Source of the DNA: Ostreococcus lucimarinus | Lineage: Eukaryota | NCBI GenBank assembly: GCA_000092065.1 | Contig: CP000586.1 | DNA length: 64,000 nucleotides | Strand: one strand, 5' to 3' | Shown here: positions 1 to 8,833 of the stretch, in pieces | How the letters are laid out: each line of letters opens with the position of its first letter | Numbering within the stretch: the stretch's first letter is position 1 | Position numbers and translations under genes: made by a program | Notes under the pieces: generated by a model | What the model saw: the letters and a program-made list of their open reading frames with translations, nothing else | Database searches by the model: none | Told to the model about the DNA's origin: nothing

Positions 1-1
1 G

Positions 2-1918
2 CAGCAGCAATGCGTCGGTCCTCTGCAAATCCCACTCTCCGACGTCGGTGTCATCTCCCAGACGCACTTTGGCATAACGGGCGGCGCCACGTCCATCGGC
101 GAAGCCCCGCTCAAGGGCTTGGTTGACCCGCGGTCGATGGCCCGTGTCTCGCTCGGTGAGTCGCTCACCAACATGGTCTTCGCGAATACACAAGGCATGG
201 ACTATGTCAAATATTCCGGCAACTGGATGTACGCCGCCAAGCTCGGAGGCGACGGCGCGCACATGTACGACGCGTGCGAAGCGCTTTGCGAAACTATGAA
301 GAAGCTTGGCGTGGCTATCGATGGTGGTAAAGATTCCTTGTCTATGGCCGCCAAGGCTGGTGGTGAGGTCGTCAAGACGCCCGGCACGCTCGTCATGTCT
401 GGCTACGTCGGCGTCCCGGATATCACCAAGACGGTGACGCCGGATTTGAAGCTTCCGGGCACGGGCAAGCTCATTCTCGTCGAATTTGGTAGCAAGGATG
501 GCAAGCGACGCATCGGAGGTTCTGCACTCGCGCAAGCGTACGCCCAGGTTGGTGACGAAAGCCCCGACTTAGATGACACCGCCTATTTCAAGGCGGCGTG
601 GAGCGCGACGCAAAAGCTCGTCGACGGGCGAAAGATTAGCGCTGGTCACGACGTCTCCGACGGCGGCTTCATCACCGCCGTGCTCGAGATGGCTTTCCCG
701 TCCACCACCGCGGGTGTGAATGTGACGCTTCCCGGAAGTGACGCTATTTCTGCGTGTTTCGCCGAAGAACTCGCCATTATTCTCGAAGTCTCGCCTGAAA
801 ACATTTCCGAAGTCATGGCGACGTACGCCTCCGCGGGAGTCACCGCTCGTGCGATTGGGCAAACTACTAACGACGGCAAGTGCACGGTATCCGCTGGCGG
901 CGCGCAGTGCGTCAGCGATTCCACAGCGTCTCTTCGCGATAAGTGGGAGGAAATGAGTTTTGAGTTTGAAAAGCTTCAATCCTCCAACGCCACAGTGGCT
1001 ATCGAGAAGGAAGGCCTGAAATCGCGCAAGGCGCCGACGTGGAAGCTGACGTACACGCCGACTCCGACGCCGCCGGAAGTGCTCAACGCGGCGAACAAGG
1101 CCAAAGTTGCCATTATCAGAGAAGAAGGGTCTAACGGCGATCGAGAGATGGCCGCTGCTGTCACCGCCGCCGGTATGGAGGCTTGGGATGTCACCATGAG
1201 CGACCTTCTTAGCGGTCGCGCCAACTTGAGCGATTTCCGCGGCGTCGTCTTCGTCGGCGGTTTCTCTTACGCCGACGTCCTCGATAGCGCCAAGGGATGG
1301 TCGGGCGGTATTCGTTACAACGCGTCGCTGAAGCAGCAGTTCCAAGACTTTTACAACAGATCGGACACGTTCTCGTTGGGTGTGTGCAACGGTTGCCAGC
1401 TCATGGCGCTCTTGGGCTTCATCCCGTCCGACGGCGGCGTCGGCGCGCTTCCGGATTCCAGGCAACCGCGTTTCATTCACAACGACAGCGGTCGCTTTGA
1501 ATCTCGATGGACCACTGTCGGCATCGACGAAAACACACCAGCGATGATGTTGAAGGGCATGGGGGGATCTCGCATGGGCGTTTGGTGCGCGCACGGTGAA
1601 GGCAAAGTCAAGTTCCCAGATGAGAGCATGCTGCCCGACGTGTTGAAGAACGGCCAAGCCGCTGTACGATACGTCGACGCCGACGGATCGCCGACGGAAC
1701 AGTACCCGCTCAACCCCAACGGTTCGCCGCATGGTATCGCCGGTTTGTGCTCGAAAGATGGTCGTCACTTAGCGATGATGCCTCACCCCGAACGCGCCTT
1801 CATCGGTTGGCAAGTTCCGTGGGCTCCGGCGGACGCCGGCGTCGACCCGTACGGCCCGGGCCCTTGGTTACAAATGTTCCAAAACGCCCAAAAATGGGCC
1901 GCCGAGAACGGTAAGTAA
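2..1918 (+). CDS. PFAS: Phosphoribosylformylglycinamidine (FGAM) synthase, C-terminal part; the 5' end lies upstream of the window
   Basis: The reading frame is open from base 2 with no start codon. The translation matches the FGAM synthase linker and glutamine-amidotransferase domain (IGEAPLKGLVDP..., GSNGDREMA, GVCNGCQLM, MPHPER). ORF track 119..1918 is the same frame. Confidence 0.9.
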   Translation, partial: QQQCVGPLQIPLSDVGVISQTHFGITGGATSIGEAPLKGLVDPRSMARVSLGESLTNMVFANTQGMDYVKYSGNWMYAAKLGGDGAHMYDACEALCETMKKLGVAIDGGKDSLSMAAKAGGEVVKTPGTLVMSGYVGVPDITKTVTPDLKLPGTGKLILVEFGSKDGKRRIGGSALAQAYAQVGDESPDLDDTAYFKAAWSATQKLVDGRKISAGHDVSDGGFITAVLEMAFPSTTAGVNVTLPGSDAISACFAEELAIILEVSPENISEVMATYASAGVTARAIGQTTNDGKCTVSAGGAQCVSDSTASLRDKWEEMSFEFEKLQSSNATVAIEKEGLKSRKAPTWKLTYTPTPTPPEVLNAANKAKVAIIREEGSNGDREMAAAVTAAGMEAWDVTMSDLLSGRANLSDFRGVVFVGGFSYADVLDSAKGWSGGIRYNASLKQQFQDFYNRSDTFSLGVCNGCQLMALLGFIPSDGGVGALPDSRQPRFIHNDSGRFESRWTTVGIDENTPAMMLKGMGGSRMGVWCAHGEGKVKFPDESMLPDVLKNGQAAVRYVDADGSPTEQYPLNPNGSPHGIAGLCSKDGRHLAMMPHPERAFIGWQVPWAPADAGVDPYGPGPWLQMFQNAQKWAAENGK

Positions 1919-2040
1919 GTTATCGTCCGAAGTTATTGTCCGTTTACTCGCATCTTTTACGACTATGACCGATGTAATATCCAAGTTTGGCTGTGGTTCA
2001 CAAAATCTACGCGCGCGTAACCGACGACTCCTCGCGGCGA

Positions 2041-2509
2041 CTACGACGGCGACCGCACGCCGCCGAACGGTGAACCTAGAAACGCGGGCAATCGCGACGG
2101 CGATGGCACCGGTCCCTCGCCCGCTCGCGTCTCGCGTCGAACGCGCGGCGTCGTCACCGCCATCCCCGACCCGTCTCGCGCTCGATCGCGTCGCTCAAAC
2201 TCTTTCCTCGCCGCCCGCGTCGCGTCAATCAACAGCGCGTTCTCCCTTCGCAATCGCGCCGACTCGCGCTCCGCGCGCGCCAACTCCTTCTCCAACCCGT
2301 CGACGATCGCGTTCAACCGCTTCAACTCCCTCGTCGATTCCGCGCGCGTCCCCGTCGCCTCGAGCGCGCGCTCCAGCTCGCGCTTCGCGTCTCGCGTCCA
2401 CGCGCTCCGCCCCTCCAAAATCTCCGCCTCGAGCGTCGCGCCTCGAGCGCGCGACTCCCGCAGCGCGCGCTCGAGCGCCGTCGTCCGTCGTCGCAAATAC
2501 CGCGCCTCG

Positions 2510-2543
<34 letters not shown>

Positions 2544-2703
2544 TCGCGCAGCACCGCGCGAGGCTCCTCGCGCATCGTCGCACGGCGTCCAGCGCGTCGT
2601 CGACCGCGTCGACGCGACCGGACGTCGACGCCGCGAGCGTTTCAAGCGCCGCGTTCGCGTCGACGACGTCGCGCGCGCATCGCTCGAGCGCCGTCGAGCG
2701 CAT
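2041..2703 (-). CDS. Hypothetical coiled-coil protein (Glu/Arg/Ala/Leu-rich) with a poly-Asp tract
   Basis: 220-aa ORF that starts at an ATG and has coiled-coil-like composition. It lies between the FGAM synthase stop and the CaS-like gene. The overlapping plus-strand ORF 1965..2732 is low-complexity Pro/Arg/Ser and looks artefactual. I recognise no homolog. Confidence 0.3.
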
Positions 2704-2794
2704 TTCGAAGCGCGCGCGCGCGAGTGTGGTAACACCCTCGCGATTTTTGTTGTAATGTTGAATCTTGAAGTGAATCTTGAAAATTAGAATGCGT

Positions 2795-3850
2795 CTATCG
2801 GTCGGTAGTCGCGAGACCAGAGCGAGACCACGAGTTGTAGCCCCCTCGCACGGTGAAAACCTTGCTGAAGCCCTGTTTGGCGAGCGCCTTGGCGAGCGCC
2901 TTGGCGGAGCCGCCGTTTTGGTCGAGCAAGATGACCTTTTTACCGCGGCTCACGCCACGAAGAGAAGCAATCTTGAGTGCCGCGACCTTTCCGGCGGCGG
3001 CGTTGGAGAACGCGCCGCTCTTCTCGATGCCACACACGAGAACGCGCTTGTTGGCGCCTCCCGGAAGCTGAACGGTGACTTCGGATCCGCGAGTATCGAC
3101 GATGACGGCGTTCTCGGAAAGAAGCATGTCGTACGCTTCGATCGGACGCAAGTCACCGCGATAACCGCGCGCGATGTCTGCCACCAACTTGAACACCACG
3201 GGCGCGAGGAGGTAGGCCAAAAAGAGTTCGCCAGCCGTCGTCGCCAACTCCTCTCCAGAGGCGTCTGCCAAATAATCCGCGACTTGTTGCGCGATCGGCA
3301 CCGTGGCGTCGAACACGATTTGCGCACCCTCCTCGAAAACCTTAGCGGCGGGCGCGATATCGACGCCTTGCGCCTTCAACGCGCTGTCCGCGGAAGAGAG
3401 AGCTTGGCCGCTCGCGCTCGACGCTTGCTTCAGCGCCTCGTCCGCCGCCGGAACGATCGCCCGTCCCGCGTACGCGCCGACCGCCTCACCGACCGGCGTC
3501 ACCGCCTTCACCGCGCGTTCCGCCACGGGCAAAACAACCGGCGCCGCCTCTTGCGCGAGTTCAACGCCTTGCGCGACGAGATCCGCGGCTTGCGAGAAAA
3601 CCGCCGTGGCCGCGTCCGCCGCGCTATCCGCCGCGTCCAACACCGCCGCGAGTCTATCGCTCACCTGTCCGGCGTGCGCCGCCCCGGCGTGGGTCATCAT
3701 CGTCAACGCCGTCAGCGTCGTCGTCGTCGTCGTCACCGCGCGCTTGTCGCTCGTCGACGCGCGCGCGACGACGCCGGATCTCTTTTCAGCCTTCGCGAAC
3801 GATTTCGTCGCGTTCGTCGCGCGCAGCGCGCATCGCGGCGCGGCGTACAT
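2795..3850 (-). CDS. CAS: Rhodanese-domain thylakoid protein resembling the chloroplast calcium-sensing receptor CaS
   Basis: The C-terminus has a rhodanese-like fold (DTRGSEV...VLVCGIEKSGAFS...VILLDQNGG...FSKVFTVRGGYNSW), preceded by a hydrophobic transmembrane stretch (ELFLAYLLAPVVFKLV) and an acidic, Ala-rich N-terminal region behind a transit-peptide-like leader. The track start at 3877 is GTG; the first ATG is at 3850. Confidence 0.55.
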   Translation of the reverse strand: MYAAPRCALRATNATKSFAKAEKRSGVVARASTSDKRAVTTTTTTLTALTMMTHAGAAHAGQVSDRLAAVLDAADSAADAATAVFSQAADLVAQGVELAQEAAPVVLPVAERAVKAVTPVGEAVGAYAGRAIVPAADEALKQASSASGQALSSADSALKAQGVDIAPAAKVFEEGAQIVFDATVPIAQQVADYLADASGEELATTAGELFLAYLLAPVVFKLVADIARGYRGDLRPIEAYDMLLSENAVIVDTRGSEVTVQLPGGANKRVLVCGIEKSGAFSNAAAGKVAALKIASLRGVSRGKKVILLDQNGGSAKALAKALAKQGFSKVFTVRGGYNSWSRSGLATTDR

Positions 3851-4034
3851 CGTACTTGAAGACGCGCGTGTTATCACCGCTCACGGCGGCGTTCGCTCGG
3901 GTCGTGCGCGTCGGTCGCGCGCGCGTGCGGAAGTGGCGCGGCGCGCGCGGCGCGGTCGGATTAAAATCAGATATTTCCAGCCTGGCTGAGCGTGGCTGTC
4001 GTTGATTCGCGCACACGGGGTTTAAATATACACA

Positions 4035-4994
4035 CTACGAACCGACGGTCGGGTAATGAGATTTATCGATGCAGAAGACGCGACGCGCGTTGCGCGCGCA
4101 CGCTTCGGCGACGACGTCCACGCCGACGCCGTGCGCGCAGGCGATGATTTGAGCGACGCACACGATGTGCGCTGGCTCGCAACGGTCCTTGATCAGAGCG
4201 CCCGCGAACCACTTTTCCTTCTTGACGGGTTTCGGCCACGAGAGCGGCGGCGCGACGGCGGCGAAACCGGCGTGCGTGGGCTTGATCCCGCACCACGGGG
4301 CGTCGGTTTCGAGAACGATTCGATCGAGTGGAATCGTCTTCACCACGTCGAGGTTTTCTTGGGTCTTGAGCGAGCAGCCGTTGAGACCTATGAGGAGATT
4401 TTCGCGCGCGAGCACCGCGGCGGCTTCGCGCGCGCCGCCGGTGAAAGAGTGCACGACTCCCGCGGTGAATCTGTGCGCGTTGCGATCGATAATCTCCAAG
4501 AAATCGTCGCACGCGGCGCGCATGTGCAAGAACAGCGGCAACGACGTCGCCTCGGCGAGGGCAAACTGTTTTTCAAACATTTCCTTTTGCGTCGCCGCGT
4601 CGCAAAACTCGAGCCTGTCGTAATCCAATCCCATCTCCCCGATCGCCACGATCGTCCCGCTCGCCTTACCGTCGAGCGCGACTCGCTTCAACTTTTCCAA
4701 GTGCGCGTCCGCGCCGTCGACGTCGTCCGCGAACGCGCCGCACCTCGTCGGGTGCACGCCGCACGTCGCGTACAGCCTCGGCGCCGCGCCATCCTCCCGC
4801 GTTTCCCTCGCCAGCGCCACCGCCTCGCGCGCTTCCTCGAGCGTGCCCGCGGTGACGATGATATCGCTCACCCCCGCCTCGCGCGCGCGTCGCAGCACGG
4901 CGCCCAAATCGTCCTCGTGCGCGCGTTTTCCGCGGTACACACCGCGAAACATCCCATCCGTCAAGTTCGCCCCGACGTCCACGTACGTCGCCAT
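4035..4994 (-). CDS. TATDN1: TatD-family Mg-dependent DNase/hydrolase (TATDN1-like)
   Basis: Shows TatD motifs (YVDVGANLTD, GEMGLDYDR, LFLHMRAA, IVLETDAPW). The 101 codons of the track ORF upstream of MATYVDV are Arg-rich low complexity. The ATG at 4992-4994 (minus strand) is the likely start. Confidence 0.85.
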   Translation of the reverse strand: MATYVDVGANLTDGMFRGVYRGKRAHEDDLGAVLRRAREAGVSDIIVTAGTLEEAREAVALARETREDGAAPRLYATCGVHPTRCGAFADDVDGADAHLEKLKRVALDGKASGTIVAIGEMGLDYDRLEFCDAATQKEMFEKQFALAEATSLPLFLHMRAACDDFLEIIDRNAHRFTAGVVHSFTGGAREAAAVLARENLLIGLNGCSLKTQENLDVVKTIPLDRIVLETDAPWCGIKPTHAGFAAVAPPLSWPKPVKKEKWFAGALIKDRCEPAHIVCVAQIIACAHGVGVDVVAEACARNARRVFCIDKSHYPTVGS

Positions 4995-5179
4995 GCCGCG
5001 CGGCGCGGCGCGCGCGCGACCTTCGCTCGCGCCCCCGCGCGCGCTCGCGCACGCGAACCGCGCGCACGCGCGCATGTGAAGCGCGGCGCGAGCGAGACCG
5101 TTACGCAGCACATCGCGACGCACCGACGTCGCGCCGCGTCGCGTCGCGCGTCGCGTCGCGTCGCGCGCGTCGAGGCGGC

Positions 5180-5905
5180 ATGCGCGCGATCGCGAGCCAC
5201 GCGCTCGGCGCGCGCGCGCGATGCGTGCGCGCGCGCGCGTCGCGCGAGGACGCGTTCGGTGACCGGAGACGCGATGCCACGTCATCAGCACATTCAAACG
5301 ATACGAAGAAACGACGCGCGCGCGACGACGCGCGACGCGCGACGACGGCGCCGACGGAGGTGCTGTCGCCGTACGTCGTGCTGAACGTGCCGCGGGACGC
5401 GACGACGACGGAGCTGAAGATTGCGTTTCGAAAGATGGCCAAGGCGACGCATCCGGATTCGAGCGGCGACGCGGACGCGAGCGGGACGGCGTTTCGACGC
5501 GCGCACGCCGCGTATGAGGTGCTCACGGATGACGTGCGAAGAAGCATGATCGACGATGGAATCGTGGATACGTGTCATGGGTTCTCGTTCGTCGAGGGAG
5601 AGATTCGCACGTCGTTGGATTACGCGAAGCGCTCGGGGGCGCCTTTGAAAAAGTCAACCGCCGCGGCGCGCGAGCGTCGACGTCGACGGAAGAAGACGAA
5701 AGTCAAAGCGAGCGCGTGGGAGGAAAAGGTGATGTTTTCGCCGAAGAATCGAGACGAGCTCGTGAAAAAGTGGCACCTCGAGCGATGGAATCGCGGATGG
5801 CGGATGTGGTGCCAGGCGTGGTTCGCGCTTCTGACTTTCGGCGCGCCCGTCGGCGTCGCCTACGCGCTCGCGTTCGCCCATCAATTCGCGATCGCGCCGC
5901 ACTGA
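5180..5905 (+). CDS. DnaJ (J-domain) protein with a C-terminal transmembrane segment
   Basis: J-domain with the HPD motif (SPYVVLNVPRDATTTELKIAFRKMAKATHPDSS...AYEVLTD). The C-terminus has a hydrophobic helix (WFALLTFGAPVGVAYALAFA). It lies divergent to TatD with about 185 bp between the start codons. Confidence 0.6.
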   Translation: MRAIASHALGARARCVRARASREDAFGDRRRDATSSAHSNDTKKRRARDDARRATTAPTEVLSPYVVLNVPRDATTTELKIAFRKMAKATHPDSSGDADASGTAFRRAHAAYEVLTDDVRRSMIDDGIVDTCHGFSFVEGEIRTSLDYAKRSGAPLKKSTAAARERRRRRKKTKVKASAWEEKVMFSPKNRDELVKKWHLERWNRGWRMWCQAWFALLTFGAPVGVAYALAFAHQFAIAPH

Positions 5906-6104
5906 CGCCGAGCGTCAGCGCGAACGGAGCGCGTGTACATTAAATCAAGAATTCAAGACCATCTCGAGCGAACGAGCTCTTCCCTCTTGTTGTTGTAACA
6001 TTGACTTCGCGAAGTCGCCGAGCGCCGCAGCCGTCGCGTCGCGACCGCGACGCCTCGCGTCGCCGCGCCACACCACCTCGCACCGCGCGCGCGCGCCATC
6101 GCGG

Positions 6105-7979
6105 ATGACCGCGAAGGCACTCACGCGCGCGCTCGACGGCGACAGCGATTCGGACGACGCGAGTGCCGCGCGCGCGACGGCGTCGAACGATGAGGCGCTT
6201 TTGAGCTCGCTGCAACAAATCGCGACGAAACTGCGCGTGTCGCGCACGCAGTTCGCCGAGTACTGTCGCGCGCGCGCGGAAGAGCTGGATGACATCTCGT
6301 CCGACGGCGTCACGGCTGCCGTGGAGGCGTGCGAGCGGTTAAAGACGGGAAAAGACGGCGCGTTTGAGGACGTGGCGAAAGGGCTGGCGCGAACCGCGCG
6401 AGCGCTCGAGCAAGCGAAGGTCGACGCCGCGGCGACGGCGAACGCGATAGAGTCGGAGTTGGAGGGGGAGAAGAAGAGTGTGGTAACGGTGACGCGGGAC
6501 GAGGACATGGATGACGCGACGGTGGAGGACGCGGGCGAGACGACGGCGACGGCGACGGCGACGGGAGCGCCGAAGACGTCGGATTTCACGGAACGCGCCA
6601 AGTACATCCCGATGCGATTGACGCCCGAGGAGAGGAAGGCGTTGCGATTGTTAGAAGCAGCGTTGCACGTGAGCGAGTACACAGACGTGGTTGATGTGTT
6701 TTCTTATAAATCGAAAACGCAGCGCATCACGAGACAGCTGAAGGAGATTTGCGCGATCATGTGCGGCCTAGTTGTCGCCACGGACTATCGTGCGGGACAA
6801 AAGCTCATCATAGACAAGGAATTCAAGGATAACGAAGAGTTCTTTCAGTACGTGTTCGAGATCGGACGGCGACACAAGGTTATGAATCCAGAGAAGATGC
6901 GAACCGAATACGGGAAGCTCGTATTCTTGTTACAAGATTCTCAGAGTCCAGACGTTCAAGAGTTGCTCGATTTCAAGCTCGTCAAACCTTTGAAGACGGT
7001 TTACACGTTTTTGAAGGAGCGCGGGGGTGAAAGTTTGCTTGCCGATAGCCTCATGGAAACGGCAACGTCGGAGATCATGCACGAAGGTTTGCCGCGTCAC
7101 GAGGTGCAAAAGATGATCAAGAAGAAAGAACGCGCGAGAGAAGTCATCGCGAGCAAGTACTCCTCGGTCTCGCTGAGCAAGGAAGACGTCCTACAGTGTT
7201 TGTACTCCGTCAGTGATAACAACGCGTATTTGCGATTCAATCGCGATCCCGTTGATCGAATGCTTGAGATGTTGACGACGCACTTTGATCCGTCAACTCC
7301 GGAAAAAGGATACGGTTTGGGCATCACGATGGGCATGGGCGGCGCGCGTTTAAGTCACAATCACCAGCGTCAATACACGTATTGCGCGCAGTCGATGACG
7401 CTTTGGCGCGAAGTTTTAAACGACATGTTTAGACTTTGGTACCTCGCAGAGAGCGATTTACTATGCGAAGGTAATCGTTATTCGCTCTCCAATACCGGCC
7501 AAGGCTTGAACCGAGTTCAACACTGCCCGCGAGTCGGCAAGGCGATGTATGGCGTCTTGGCGACGTGCCAGCAAAAGTGTGGCGGATGGGTCGGGAGCTC
7601 GGTCGTGCACCTCGGGGACCACAACGTGCCTAACGCCTTGGTCTTCATCGACAAGTACAGTCAAGTCTCGCGGATTCTCAACCCGATCGTCCTCGTCATC
7701 CAAGAGCTTCCGAACCTAGCCAAAGACCCGGGTCTCAAGGCATACATCGATACTCAATTCGGTAGCGTCGAGGCGTGTCAAAAAACCATTCTCGCCGATT
7801 TCTTCAGGCACGGTTTCGACGGCAGTGGCAGCGATAACTTCTTCGACGCCGGCTCGTGCATCGACGGCCGTCTCACGTCGGCGTGGAACTGGTGCTCGAA
7901 AATAGAAAAGAAGTCATACTACCCGGTTTTCAAGCTCGCCGGTTTCTCCGGTTTCGACGGCGGCGACTTTAGATCATGA
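6105..7979 (+). CDS. Conserved eukaryotic protein of unknown function (DUF2009 / UPF0652-like)
   Basis: 624-aa ORF with an ATG start and non-repetitive, globular-looking sequence over about 450 aa (KYIPMRLTPEERKALRLLEAAL..., NPEKMRTEYGKLVFLL..., HCPRVGKAMYGV...). The family assignment is from memory and has not been verified. Confidence 0.55.
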   Translation: MTAKALTRALDGDSDSDDASAARATASNDEALLSSLQQIATKLRVSRTQFAEYCRARAEELDDISSDGVTAAVEACERLKTGKDGAFEDVAKGLARTARALEQAKVDAAATANAIESELEGEKKSVVTVTRDEDMDDATVEDAGETTATATATGAPKTSDFTERAKYIPMRLTPEERKALRLLEAALHVSEYTDVVDVFSYKSKTQRITRQLKEICAIMCGLVVATDYRAGQKLIIDKEFKDNEEFFQYVFEIGRRHKVMNPEKMRTEYGKLVFLLQDSQSPDVQELLDFKLVKPLKTVYTFLKERGGESLLADSLMETATSEIMHEGLPRHEVQKMIKKKERAREVIASKYSSVSLSKEDVLQCLYSVSDNNAYLRFNRDPVDRMLEMLTTHFDPSTPEKGYGLGITMGMGGARLSHNHQRQYTYCAQSMTLWREVLNDMFRLWYLAESDLLCEGNRYSLSNTGQGLNRVQHCPRVGKAMYGVLATCQQKCGGWVGSSVVHLGDHNVPNALVFIDKYSQVSRILNPIVLVIQELPNLAKDPGLKAYIDTQFGSVEACQKTILADFFRHGFDGSGSDNFFDAGSCIDGRLTSAWNWCSKIEKKSYYPVFKLAGFSGFDGGDFRS

Positions 7980-8068
7980 TTAGACAAATCGAGCACCACA
8001 AAAACGCTTTTTTAACGAAACGAAGACGCTGCATCGAGTTAGTTACGGCCCTCACACCGCCTCGCGCG

Positions 8069-8776
8069 ATGTTCGCCGCGCGCGCGGCCGCGCCGCGCGC
8101 CCCGCGCGCGACGCACGCATCGCGCGCGTCGTTCGCGCGCGCGTCGCTCGAGAAAACGCCCGATTTCACCGCACAAAAGCGCAAGCGCGTCAGCTTCATG
8201 CCTCGACTTCTCGACAACAACCGCGCGAAGCATCTCACGTCAGACATCCAGACGTGGCAGCGGAACGTGCAGCGCGATATCAGCGCCGTGGAGACGGTGC
8301 GGTTCGGCGACGATTGCTTCGTCGGGGAAGGCACGGAAATATTCGCCGAACCCGGGCGGGACGTGGCGCTCGGGGACGGCGCGCGGGTGGCGGCGCGCTG
8401 CTTCATTCACGGACCGTGCGCGATCGGGGCGCGCGCGTCGTTGAACGCGAACGCGCATATCGAGGGAGGAGCCGTCGGGGTGACGATCGGGGACGACACG
8501 CGGATCGGGCCGAGGTTTTCGGCGTTCGCGTTTAATCACGTCTTCGACGACCCTGAGACGAATATTCGCGAGCAGGGCGTGACGAGTCAGGGGATAACGA
8601 TAGGAAAAGATGTTTGGATAGGTGCGAGCGTGTGCGTGACTGATGGAGTGCACATTGGAGATCATTCGGTCGTGGGCATGGGTTCCGTGGTGACTCGAGA
8701 CGTGGAACCCTACGCCGTCGTCGCCGGAAATCCGGCTCGAGTGATTCGGTATAGAAAGCGCCCACCGCCCAAGTAG
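8069..8776 (+). CDS. Hexapeptide-repeat (left-handed beta-helix) acetyltransferase family protein
   Basis: Has tandem hexapeptide repeats (IGDDTRIGPRF..., ITIGKDVWIGASVCVTDGVHIGDHSVVGMGSVV...AGNPARVI). The track start at 7976 overlaps the preceding gene's stop, so I moved the start to the in-frame ATG at 8069 behind a transit-like leader. Confidence 0.65.
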   Translation: MFAARAAAPRAPRATHASRASFARASLEKTPDFTAQKRKRVSFMPRLLDNNRAKHLTSDIQTWQRNVQRDISAVETVRFGDDCFVGEGTEIFAEPGRDVALGDGARVAARCFIHGPCAIGARASLNANAHIEGGAVGVTIGDDTRIGPRFSAFAFNHVFDDPETNIREQGVTSQGITIGKDVWIGASVCVTDGVHIGDHSVVGMGSVVTRDVEPYAVVAGNPARVIRYRKRPPPK

Positions 8777-8833
8777 ACGGCGGGAGTCGAGTCGATTGTC
8801 ACACAAGTAGCGGTGAAGTGTATTAAAAGTAAA

